Translations under genes and position numbers: made by a program
NCBI GenBank assembly: GCA_040954595.2
Contig: CM082579.2
Coordinates: 306,922-370,921, forward strand
DNA: 64,000 nt
Source of the DNA: Balanoglossus misakiensis
Taxonomy: Eukaryota; Animalia; Hemichordata
Reading direction: 5' to 3'
Part shown: one piece after another, positions 12,201 through 23,098 of the stretch
Numbering within the stretch: the stretch's first letter is position 1
How the letters are laid out: each line of letters opens with the position of its first letter
Notes under the pieces: generated by a model
What the model was told of the DNA's origin: nothing
The model's input: only the letters and a program-made list of their open reading frames with translations
The model's database searches: none

Positions 12201-15200
12201 TCATTTGCATGTCTTGCACTATAGTTATCTACAAATCATGCTAGGTTACATCATCTCATAACAGCTAGCCTAGAAAGTTGTTGTAATGTTTTTCCAACTT
12301 TCTCCACAGCCGGGTGATTATGTTTTAGTCAAGACTGGATATGATGACTTTGAATGTTGGGTGCCTGGTATTGTACAACACATTGCAAAATCTCATGAAA
12401 AGCAAGCCAAATATTACACTGTATTAAAATACAATAGTAGACATGTAAGTACACCTTATGTCATTCACAGAATAAAAAATACTAACTTGTCAATTTGGGG
12501 GATAAAAGAAAATATGAAAACCAATTTTGATGCTTTCAAATGTCAAAAGATAATTCCTAATCAAGTGAAAACCAAATGTAGAAATTCCTTCAGCTCATTA
12601 TTTTGAAAGTGCATTTATTTATGTTTATTTTCCCCAGACTGACGCATTGAGGAAGGATCTGATCAAGATAACCAAATCTAGATTCAGTTTTGCACTTCGG
12701 TACATCTTGGAATTACAACGGGAAGAGCATGAACGGTGAGTACATTTATTGTCCAATCACAGGATTTGCATGTGTTGAATTAACCAATCATAAGGCATGT
12801 AACAACTGGTGTTTGGCTCTGAGACCAACCCGATGTGTGTAACATCAGTCAAATCCATTGTGCATTATTTTATCTGATAGGGATGCCATGTATCCTGACC
12901 ATCACAGTGACTCGGAACGAAAAGCTCGTCGTAGAGAACGCAGACGTGAGAAACATAAACACAAACATAAACATCGACACAGGCACCACAGAAAACACAG
13001 AGATAGCAGCAGTGACCAGCAAGATGACGAAAAACAGAAAAGTGCCAGGGATTCATCACCATCCGACAGAAGTAAAAGTAGAAGCAGCAGCAGAGGTGAG
13101 AGGAGTGTTAGAAGTCGCAGTGGGAGTCGCAGCACTGACCGCAGTAGGAGCCGTAGTGCAGAGGGTCACAGTAGAAGCCAGAGTAAGAACAGCAGTCGAA
13201 GCCGCAGTCGAAGCCAGAGTACAAGCCGCAGTAGGAGCCACAGCAAGAGCCGCAGTAGGAGCCGCAGCAAGAGCCGCAGCAGTAGCAGCAGCACTAGTAG
13301 CAGCACTAGTAGCAGCAGTAGTAGCAGTAGCAGCACTGCTAAAACCTCTGATGGTAAATAATGGGGGTTTGTGTGTTCAAAGATGCAAAATTACCATCGT
13401 CCATGTTGTTTGGTTTTATATTTGTTTCATAGAGGAAGTTTGGTGAATCATCGATTCTGTTTTGAGACTCTCCACGGATGTGAAAATAATACGTCATTGT
13501 TTTCCATGGTGATATCACAGCATTCAATTTTGCAGTGCTTACATGATTGGAGAATAGTGATCCAACAACCAATCATTCTGTATTGTCAGTAAACAGAACA
13601 ACATAAACAGCAGCGGATACTTCATATGAAACAAAAATAACCAAAACAAATAACCAAAGATGGTGACTTTGCCCCTTTCAAAAACTATTCCATTATTCAC
13701 CATGACTAACATGAGACGCTTGGCTAAATGCATGTTGCATGGCTATACCTTAGAAAGCACAAAAATACACAACCAAAATACACATCTTGGGAGTTTACAG
13801 AGTAAAGTCTAGATTAATATTTCTCCTCACACATGTCCACATAGTGCATTTCAACTTCATTTCTTCCTGATGAAATACAGGCAAGTCAGTTGAAGAAGCA
13901 TCACACTCTAAGAGGGACACATCTCGCTCAAGATCCCGCTCCAGATCCAGATCCCGTTCCAGATCCAGGTCTCGCAGTCCCAGTCCATTACATAGTCCTG
14001 GCATCAAAGCTTCCACTCCACTCAGCCACAGATCAGCTTCAGCTTCTCCCAGATCAAGAAGCCCACCTCACAGCCCCAAGGAATCAGAAAAAGCCTTCTT
14101 CAAAGAACAACATGAGAAGCTGCTGGCACTTCAACAGATGCTTCAAGATCAACAGGAGGCACAAAACGTTGCACAGCAGGTGAAAAATGTGACAAAAATA
14201 TTTTAGACTTGAACATGTGTTATAGAAGATATTCATGCTGATCCCAGTCACATGAGATCTGTTGATTGTCCATGCCAACATTGCTAACCAAAACATTGTA
14301 GTAGAAAATGTTGATGCTATTTGTCAGTTATCATATTAATCTAATTTTATTTTGTAATGTACACATGCATTTGTTTTTCATCTGCATATGAGTATTACCC
14401 TATGTAAACAAATCACAAATATGTTACAAAAATAAACTAAAATTTCAGACATAAGTAATTCTCATGGCTAAATTTTACTTTTTTAGGACTTGAAGAAACA
14501 ACAGGAAGACATGTTGAAAATGACCAGAGAACTTTACGATAGCCAGATCACTCAACTGAAAGAATTACAAGAACAACAGAAAGTCTTACAAGAAAGGCAT
14601 GAAAAACATCTGAATGATACTGAAGTACGTCAAATTATGAAGTACTTTCATCACCATATATTTATAAGTGTTCATTTTGAAACATTGAAAGTCTCATAAA
14701 CTATCATTGCATGTCTACAGTACATGAGATTGACTATGCGATTGTTGTTTTCCTTCCAGAAATTATTTGTTCAGAGGCAGAGCCAAGAGGATGAAAGCCA
14801 AGAAGAAAAGGAGAAGAAAGAAGATGAGAAACAAAAGTCAGAACAAGAGACAGAGGAGGCATCTCAGTCAAAGTCACCAAGAGGTATACTTTCAGATCAG
14901 TCACTAAAAGATGTGTGAATTTGGCCAGTCATAAAACACAAATGAAAGTATTGTTCTTGTAAAGAATCTTGAGACATAAAATGAAAATGTCAAGTGACTA
15001 GTTGGCCACATGGCTTTAGAAAAATGGAAGATTCCACAAGAAACCTACATAAACCAATGTAATGGTAAAAGATGTGCAAACTTTTTTAATTTCATACAAC
15101 AGATATGTGAAGCCTCAATAGTCTGATATTCTCTATTTTTCACTTGAATATTTCAAAAGGTACACTATCAGAAGGAGAAGAGGTTCTTGCAAGATGGAAT

Positions 15201-16579
15201 GATGATGGTTGGTATTACAGAGGTAGGTGATCAAATGGGAACAGGTAGATTCTGCAGAGAGGAAATGAGCAGAGTGGAAAAACCTCTTGAGAATTCATGA
15301 AAACTATGTACGTAATTGTATGAAAGAAATTAGTTTTTAAACTTCCATGTTCATCTTCTTTGGCTCCCTCATTTTCCAGGAACTGTTGCATCCATTGCTG
15401 ATAAAGATACATACTTCATTCGTGATAGCATTGGTGATTTGGAGCAGATTAAACGAGCAGATATTATCACTGATGAAGATGATTCGAGTCATATTATAAA
15501 GGTAAGATTCTTTTAAAAGTAAGCAAGTCTGCAGTTTCTTATACATCAAGCGACAGTGATACTTCCTCAGTTTTGATTCAGCATATATTTCTCCCACCAT
15601 GGGTGATACTGATAGATTTTTAAAGACATTTTACTTGACCAAAGTCACAATGTGTTAATTTTGCTCACAGCCCAACGACCCAGTCGTAGCCCTCCATCCA
15701 AGCTACTCATTCAGTTATGCACCAGGAGTCGTCCTGAGCATCTATCCAGACCTCTGGACTCACATCCGTTACTATGACGGCGAGGAAGCCAAAGTGCCAA
15801 GGGAAGAAGTCTACAAAATCACTTCTGAGAAGTTTGAAACTGATGTACGTTATATTTTACGTTCTGAAGACAACTGGGTGGGCCAGGCAGTTGTGGCCAG
15901 GAATGATACAGATGGAATGTACTACCTAGGTGAGTGGTGATTTATTGTAGTAGGCTAGTAATCTACTAGCTTTGTTGTAGGAGGTATGAAAGAGCTCAAA
16001 ACTGCACCTAAAATAAATTTCAGGATCATTCATAGTATCACTTCTTTTAATTTGGACAGGTCAAGTGAAGGAAAGAGTTGGTAATGGTCGACAATATATC
16101 ATAGAGTGGGCAGATGGATCACTGCAGATCCAGAACTCGACCTGTATCTTTGGAGCATTCACAAAACGTCACCGCCTTGCTCTGGGAGATCGAGTTCTTG
16201 CCATCGCTAACAACCAAGCATTGGTTTACTTGCCTGGCACCATTTCTAGTGTCAATGGAGTCAAATTGGTTGTCAAATTCTGTAATGGTAAAAGGTGAGT
16301 AGTAAAAGATGGTGACATCACTGATGGTCCAGGAAAATGCAAATTAGTGAATTTTTGTTGCCAACTATTTACACTCTAAACCGAAAACAAACCCATCGAA
16401 CTTTACTAACTGCTGGAAATTTACCACCATTTCATTTCAGCTCCAGGAGAGTGGATGCACAACAGTGTTTCTGGCTATCACAAGATTACTATGACAGCGC
16501 AGTAGCTTACTACAACACCAGACAAGAAGTCTCAGACACAGAATCGGAATCCTACACAACATCTGAGGACAACCGATAG
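256..16579 (+). CDS. VWA3B: von Willebrand factor A domain-containing protein 3B-like, multi-exon, 5' end outside window
   Basis: GT-AG exons join in one frame: ~256-347, 1626-1876, 1998-2157, 2293-2462, 2647-2870, 3051-3238, 3376-3530, 3820-3958, 4200-4430, 4677-4862, 5069-5214, 5330-5517, 6943-7071, 7225-7274, 7504-7660, 7771-7943, 8139-8520, 10757-10893, 11882-12006, 12310-12444, 12638-12735, 12881-13353, 13881-14179, 14487-14624, 14760-14883, 15160-15222, 15380-15501, 15671-15929, 16060-16294, 16441-16579 (TAG). Two VWA units each start with a WL..xSR.LFG.I.E segment (RRLEWLTTESRRLFGVIEE; RIDWLQQGSRELFGTIIEDQVYILIDSSSSM). Also STNTLAAL, IYLLTDGRPDQ, VHTISFNC, repeated WL..(H/Y)GL.A..L motifs and Tudor-like segments (VIARNASDGLYYPG), as recalled for VWA3B. 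Confidence 0.88.
6287..6307 (+). CDS. candidate 21-nt microexon of VWA3B (adds AIDGLVA)
   Basis: Sequence ttcaag|CAATTGATGGTCTTGTAGCGG|gtgagt after a long pyrimidine tract containing several TGC. Phase 1 matches the flanking exons and there is no stop. Confidence 0.55.
6540..6624. mobile_element. ~85-bp TTAA-flanked MITE, piggyBac-like ends (copy 1)
   Basis: TTAA|CCCTTTCACC...GGTGAAAGGA|TTAA; homologous copy at 46823-46906. Confidence 0.75.
10136..10156 (+). CDS. candidate 21-nt microexon of VWA3B (HKPKSKK)
   Basis: Sequence ctaac...ttttctctctaccttgctgtgtgtgaag|CATAAACCTAAATCAAAGAAG|gtatga. Phase 0 matches exons ending 8520 and starting 10757; the Lys-rich peptide fits the surrounding linker. 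Confidence 0.6.
11095..11250. mobile_element. TTAA-flanked foldback/MITE-like element in VWA3B intron
   Basis: Arms ttaaaatcagatctggagttaggcactg and cagcgcctaattctacatctgattttaa are imperfect reverse complements, with inner arms ttggctgttct/agaacagaagagccaa. The end sequence ctacatctgattttaatcagatt recurs near 58487-58509. Confidence 0.6.
12881..13990 (+). repeat. coding low-complexity His/Lys/Arg, RS-dipeptide and poly-Ser tracts within VWA3B
   Basis: KHKHKHKHRHRHH, SRSRSRSKSRS and SSSSTSSS in exon 12881-13353; SRSRSRSRSRSRSRSRSPSP in the exon starting 13881. Confidence 0.9.
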
Positions 16580-18332
16580 ATACGACCTATGACCTTACAG
16601 TCAGAAGGATTGACCCTTAAAAAAACATGAAAGAAAAGAAAGATAGAATTTTAACTTCTGGCATATGCTTGTAAATAAATACCTCATGAAGTTATCTGTA
16701 AATTTTAGGACATTACAAGAATATTTGTATTTTTTCAATGTTTAGCTTGCTCAATATGTTATAGGACTTTCAAAGGATGTTAATTATTAAGAAGTCATAA
16801 AAGTATTACTCTTTTTCATCTCCACAATTGAAGATAACAATTCAAGCTGATTGCCAAACTTGTTTCCCGCCAAAAAAGAAATCATGTAATTTCATACTTT
16901 TGTAAAAAATAATATAATTGCCAACCATGGAAGGTTTATGTTGAAACACTTTTCAAAACAGTGAACAGAACAATCAATAAATTCACAATGACAACACAGT
17001 CAAGTCGAATATTACTTTTTGAGTGAATGGTATTTGATACCTACTCAACAGTATGCGAGATTCTTGATAATAATTTCTGATGTTCTCGATTCTCACAATC
17101 AATCTCTGATATGTACTGGGAAACAATGTAGTTCTACATCAGAAACAAATTTACACTTTATTCATCCATCAAAGTATTCATTCAGTGATTCAGAAACTAT
17201 ATATCTAAAATGATGATGTTCTGAAAACAATGTAAATTTAAATAAAAAAACAGACATATTTTGACTTTGTTCGAAATGGCTTTATGTATAGTAGTGGTTA
17301 TTGTTAGTAATGGTTTTGCTGTGACAAGTGGTAAAGATAATGACTAGACTAGATTCTGCAAATTAGTTTCCAAAAGGCATTTTTTGTCAGCAACAGATCT
17401 GTTAGCACATTCATTTAGGTGATTTACAGTATTAGATCATGCATCTGTATAATTTACAAGTAACCTGATGTTTTGATATCAACCAGATCATTTTCTACAT
17501 CCACCGATTCATTGAGCCTTCCAACAACTTCGATATTCTTACTAATTCTGCCTTCATTCTGTCTGTGCCTTCGTCAAAACTCAAATTCTTCCAATTTTCA
17601 AGTCTGTGCCTTCATTTTGTTTAAAACGCGTGCAGGAGAGTTGGTTGTTCATCTGTGGGCCACCCTTTCACCCCCATTACACTGGGTGTAGTGTCACCCA
17701 GCCCATTGAAAATATAATGTAATGGGGAGACATCAAAGTTTGGAGGGGCAGGGGGTTGAGGAGGAAATCTCTTTCTCTGTGTATATTTTTCATAACATAC
17801 AATGAAATTGATACACACATGTAAAAGCCATCAACATGAAAAGCTCTGCCAACTTTATACCTGTCTTTCGCTTTGACTTTCACTGATTTGTTGGGGCCTT
17901 GTGATGTCATGATTGACAGCTCTGTCAGGGTACACAATTAGTTAAAAGCCTTATGCAGTATCTGTATCTTAGTACTTGTCTCAAATATCTCAAAACTTTG
18001 ATGACAATGATCACATAACACTAGCTCTTTAAACCACTTCTGCATGTAGGTGTGTAGAAACGCATGTTGGTTCATCAACACATAGACTGCATAAAATCTT
18101 ATTGTTTAATATTTAAAGATTACAAACAATTTTTGTAAGCATTGCTTTTTGATTTTCTTTTTGTATTATTTCAACAGTATATAAACTCTGTAAAGTGATC
18201 TGTTATTGCAAATATGAATTATTATTTTTGTTAAACAGCAGTTTGCATAGCAAAGTGCTCATTTACGGAAATAAAATCTTTAAAAATTATAGCAAACCAT
18301 TGTCTTGTTACTTTACGTGAAAATAACTTGTC

Positions 18333-19061
18333 TGTGACAATGTTTTAATAATTTCCAGGGACTTGTGGTCAAAGACATGATGTCTAGAAGTGGCTCATTG
18401 TTAAAGTGACGACGCTAGGTACAGAATGATCAAATACTGGAAACTGGTACAATCCAAATCTCTCACAACATAAACACGCGGACAACAGTAACAATACTAC
18501 GAGAGAGAGTTCAATGTGACGCTATCCTTTACACAGAAAAAATCACAGTGCAAACACTGATAAACACTTCCGCATAACTCACCTACATGTACTTCAAGTA
18601 TCCTGTGACTCTCACATGTGGCTCCAGAACCTTGTCACTGGTTGGCAGTAGAACTACGCTCAGAGTTAACAGAACAATATCAGAATGGCCTGCTCTGAAC
18701 ATGGCAATTGTCCAAATTGTCTCTACCAAAGTGAAAGTTCACTTACACTTACAACTTTCCCGTACCAAGGCTGTTCACTCACAGTTCAAAGTCCTTCCAA
18801 TTATATCACTACCAGTTGCTAGCATTGACATGCACGCCTGAAGCCAACACCAAGAGCACTGCTGTTTTCAGTCCTGTCATACACTCTACACTGGGATGAC
18901 ACAGAGTTTACTTGTGTATCACAATGTCACTGTCGCCCTGGCAGACTTCAATTCCTCTGTTCAACAGTCAAACACAGGCCAACACAACTTCATTTTGACT
19001 CTCCACACAACCGACAAGAACATGGCAGAGCTGATTTCTTCCTGACCCAACTGTTGTCATA
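18333..19061 (-). mobile_element. possible degenerate solo LTR
   Basis: Termini TGTGACAA...TTGTCATA form a 7/8 inverted match and an ATTAAA lies just inside the minus-strand 3' end. No clean target-site duplication was found. Confidence 0.25.
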
Positions 19062-19711
19062 AACTAGGTCAGCCAACCAAAGGAAAAAAAAAACCTTTGT
19101 AATATTCAAAAACCCAGGTGGTCGTCTACGGTTTATGGTAATGTTATGTTAATGGCCTCCTACAATCCAGCTATTTTCTATACACCACTATTGTTCAAGT
19201 TCTTCACATTTTACATTATACACATAAAAAAGAAAACTACCACATAGCCATTTATCATTAATTCTTAATCTATTGCACAGAGATTACCAGTGGCATTCAT
19301 GTCAGTATATAAAATGTTCTTATTTCTTAAAATCGGATTAAGATATAATATGCATGATTCCTTTTAGTTCGTCTCATGACGCAATAAACAATAACGATCA
19401 ATATCAACTGACATATAAAACAGAAAAAATCCAACTTTTAATTTTGTGACTTTCGACTGATGTATTAGATGACATACTTTGCAGTGAATTCCAGTGAAAA
19501 AATATGTTGATGATTGTTAATTAACATAATAGCAATATTGCTAACCAGGCCTGTGAACTCCGGTACCTTATGTTTTCTGAATAGCTTGACAGAATACTAC
19601 TACTGTAAAGTTCACCATGTTTTCAAAGCAGAATTCGCAGTCGACATATTTTGCCTGTAATTGCTAGACTGAGTGTATTTTCAAAACATTTGCATGATGT
19701 ACAGTGTATTT

Positions 19712-21685
19712 CTACTTCTTCATCTGTCTGGAATATCGCTCTGCTTTTTTACTAAAAGCTTCCCAGTAATCATCATCTGCAGCTAGAAGAGGTTTCGAGG
19801 TTGACATCAGTTCTGAGAAATCCAAAACTCGAAATTTTGGGCTTGATTGTGACTCATTATTGCCATCACTTCCTGTTTCTTCAGAACTGAGCATCTGTTG
19901 AAATACAATTTTGTAAGGTTATGCCTCCATTGCAGATTCTTGTTCTGCAGCACAATGTCTGGTAGTCAATTATCAACAATGGCATTATTTTCCCTTTCAA
20001 GTATGTGAGAACACTTTCCCCTTTATAGTCTCCACTTTATTGCAACAGCGTCAAATTGATCGTACCTGTTTTGATTTGTTTCCATGGAGATTTTGATTCC
20101 AGAGGGCCACAGATACCAGATGATCCTTGTCAAGTTTCATTTCCTGGAATTTCCAGCTCTGATCCACTTGTTTGTCGACATAAACTAGAGTGTCTTCCGT
20201 AATGTGATCTTCAGAGAGTTCAAGTGTTTTCAGGTGAAATTCTAGTCTTTGCAAGTCATAGCCAAGTCCAATACCAATAGCCTTGATGTAACTTTCTTTC
20301 AGACACTGAGAAATTGAGAAGACATGGTTTCATTCATATCTGTTGTGTTGGTAAATTTTCTGCATTACTTACTTACTTATTCCGAAGTTGGGATGTCTAT
20401 GACCAGAGATCAATGATCTAGGTGTTTTCCATTTAAACTGGGATATGACATTGCACCGGTGCTGCACATGGTTTTCTTATATACACTGGATTTTTGAACA
20501 GACAGTGCATCTAGAAAACTAATGTTTCATAATCAGCCTTCTATGTACATATCTAGTTCTGCATGCATGTTATCCACTCTGCATCATCCCTCAAATAATT
20601 TCCCAACCCTTCACTGCCAGTATTTGTTACACACTGCAAATGACCATATTGTAATAGGAAGCCATACATTGGTCACTTTTTGTCATTGTTAACAGATGGA
20701 TACTTTCAACATCCCTGCCCGAAATGCATTCTAGACTTACCCAATATCTATAGAATGTTTCCAACTGTTTCCACAAACTGCTGGGTGCCTTGATTGTTCT
20801 CCATTCATGTTCTGTGAACTGTTTTCTCATTGTCACGAAAAACTCTGGTATGTTCGTCCTACCTGCAAAAATGAGTAATCATTTTGTCATTCAAATACTC
20901 TGAAACCACATTTTCTTGTTATTGATACTTCTTTTGTGATAGCATGTATAATGGGTTCCAAATCACCAATGTACATTATGTCATGTGTCTCTTCTTTTAT
21001 TTTTATTTTTGGGGAAATTTTGCTCTTCCCAGCAGAATTATTCTCACATTACACAACTTTTTGACATTAATGAAATTCTAATCCATTCTCAATAGAATTT
21101 GAGCAATTTTAGATTCACAAAATCATCTTACTTGGTTGTTCAACTTTCATGATATCAACACCAACTTGTAACATAGGTTCAGCTGCTACAATGGAGAAGT
21201 CTCCTTGATGTGACGCATTGAAGTTAAAGTTGGGGAAAACATTTGGCACATGATTTACAAGGTAAGGTTTTCCTTTGTCTGTTCTTGCTAGTTTGACTTC
21301 ATGCCATGGAATCTGTATTGTGTCTGAAACAGCTTTTCTAATCAGTAGTCGACCAGCCTGAAATGAGAAGGAAACCAAATCAATTTCATTCATTTTTTCA
21401 GGTTAATTTTTTGGGGGAAAATGCATGCAAATATACAGCCATCTGCACAGCAATAACTTCTACTGTAATCTACATAGCTGATTTTTACATCATAGTTTAC
21501 ATGATAATTACAGCTATTGATTCATCGTATCCATTCCTTACCATCGAAGCCTTGCCATCTTTTGTGAAAACAAACTTCCCAATTCTTTCTTTTTCTTCTG
21601 GTTGAATGCACTGAGCAGATTGGATCCACTCAGCTCGGGATGGTTTCCATGAGCCAAATTTAAATGCCCACCTTAGACTTTCCAT
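19712..21685 (-). CDS. AASDHPPT: L-aminoadipate-semialdehyde dehydrogenase-phosphopantetheinyl transferase (Sfp-type PPTase)
   Basis: Exons 21685-21542, 21357-21132, 20862-20741, 20305-20066, 19894-19712. Motifs MESLRWAFKFGSWKPSRAEW, IQPEEKERIGKFVF, KGKPYL, FNFNASHQGD, VGVDIMK and FYRYWCLKESYIKAIGIGLG. A second in-frame ATG lies at 21700. Confidence 0.95.
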
Positions 21686-22009
21686 TTTGTACAGCCGCAT
21701 ACAAAATACAACTCACATTAATCTTTCTATATAAAAAAAAAATGAAAGCCTATTAATTCCCTGGCGTAAACACCGAATTAAAATGTGCAATGCCGACTTA
21801 TATTAAAGAAATATTTGAACCATGGATCCCGGACATAGCGTATCTCAGGGTTAATAAATATAGCTTTGAGTCCACAAAACTCCTACTGGCATTTTCTGGC
21901 AGTCCCGGTGTGTCTTTCATGACTGATTTTCTTTCGCAATGTTAGCCAGACTGGGCCAGGCAGTACCTCGCTTCAAAGCATATACAGGGTGTACTGTAGT
22001 AGGAGGGAT

Positions 22010-22150
22010 AGCTGCAGTTCAGTAGCTCTAGGTTTTGCCTTTGCTTGTGTGTTAGACGCCATAACCTTCTAACAGTAACACACAAGAACCAATGCAAGAA
22101 CTCACAAACCAACAGGCAAAACCTTGAGGTAGAGCTACTGAACTGCAGCT
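22010..22150. repeat. inverted repeat (hairpin/MITE-like) in AASDHPPT first intron
   Basis: agctgcagttcagtagctcta pairs perfectly with tagagctactgaactgcagct; ggttttgcct/aggcaaaacc extends the stem. Confidence 0.8.
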
Positions 22151-22394
22151 TTAGAAAGGATAGCTTTAGAACTATCAAGTCTACAAACATGTAGAATCCG
22201 ACCTTTTTGGGGCAAAATCCCTGGTAGACAATGATTTCTTCATCCGTTTCACATCCCGGAACTGTGTCCGGGAGACAGGGCAACGAAACGAAAACAACAA
22301 CACGGATCCCGGAACCCGGAAGTTTGGTCCACGTCCGTGTTCACCTGGCAATATTTGGAGAGAAAAAGTGTATTCAGTGTTGTCAATCACTCAC

Positions 22395-22570
22395 CGTGTT
22401 CGTTGCAATTGCTAAATGAACTGACCTCTTCAAATATGAATCTTTTCAAATAACACAGATGCGAGCCAACCCGTAACTTTTCTTGCATCGACTCGTGCAA
22501 ATTCGAATGGGCGCCGCCATATTGATATTTGTGTTGCGCATGTGCACCTTCTTGAATCTGATTGGTTTAA
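22395..22570 (-). promoter_or_regulatory. probable AASDHPPT first (leader) exon and core promoter
   Basis: Minus-strand donor CACG|gtgagt at ~22394, YY1-like GCCGCCATATTG at ~22513, CCAAT (attgg) at 22561, ETS-type CCGGAAGT at ~22316, and CpG-rich sequence. Confidence 0.55.
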
Positions 22571-22627
22571 TGTTTTGATATAGCGGTACAAGTTTCTAAT
22601 CTGAGTTCAGGTTAGCAAATCACTTAA

Positions 22628-23098
22628 AAGGACAAAGTCTCTCTCTTGCTGCCCTTTCCCCATTAAGTATGTTTGATACAAGACACCATTGTATATAGTG
22701 AATATGGGGTCTTTTCAAAATTGTCTTAAAATTAAGACTTTCAAAATGGCCGCCAAATTTGAGGTTCAAAATGGCCGCCTATATCTGTGCTTAGTCTATG
22801 GAATTCAAAATGGCCGCCAAATTTAGTGACTTTGAAAATCTCTATGGTAAACATTACGTAGAAATTTTACTCATAGTTCAACCACACACACCTTCCATCC
22901 CACTTGTAGACGGGAGAGCAAAATGAATATTCGGTGTTTACCATTTATTCATTTTGGCGAGATTTTTACTCTCATATCCTACAAACGTGATGGTTGAATG
23001 TTGATTCACTATATATCCACATGTGCATTAGCATAGACAGTGTAGTGAATCAAACATAATAAATGGGAAAAGAAGAGTGAGAGAGAGACTTTGTCCCT
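22628..23098. mobile_element. 471-bp non-autonomous DNA transposon (TTAA TSD, purine-starting TIRs, Kolobok-like)
   Basis: TTAA|AAGGACAAAGTCTCTCTC...GAGAGAGACTTTGTCCCT|TTAA with imperfect TIRs of ~60-70 bp, and three internal TCAAAATGGCCGCC repeats (~22741-22818). Confidence 0.8.

Noticed and set aside
12835-13446. 203-aa Ala/Val-rich ORF and antisense ORFs over the RS exon
   Set aside because: Alternative frames of a low-complexity exon; splice phases at 12881 and 13353 select the RS frame.
22741-22818. Three 14-bp direct repeats with spacers, superficially CRISPR-like
   Set aside because: Eukaryotic context, repeats too short with irregular spacing, located inside a TIR element, and no cas genes.
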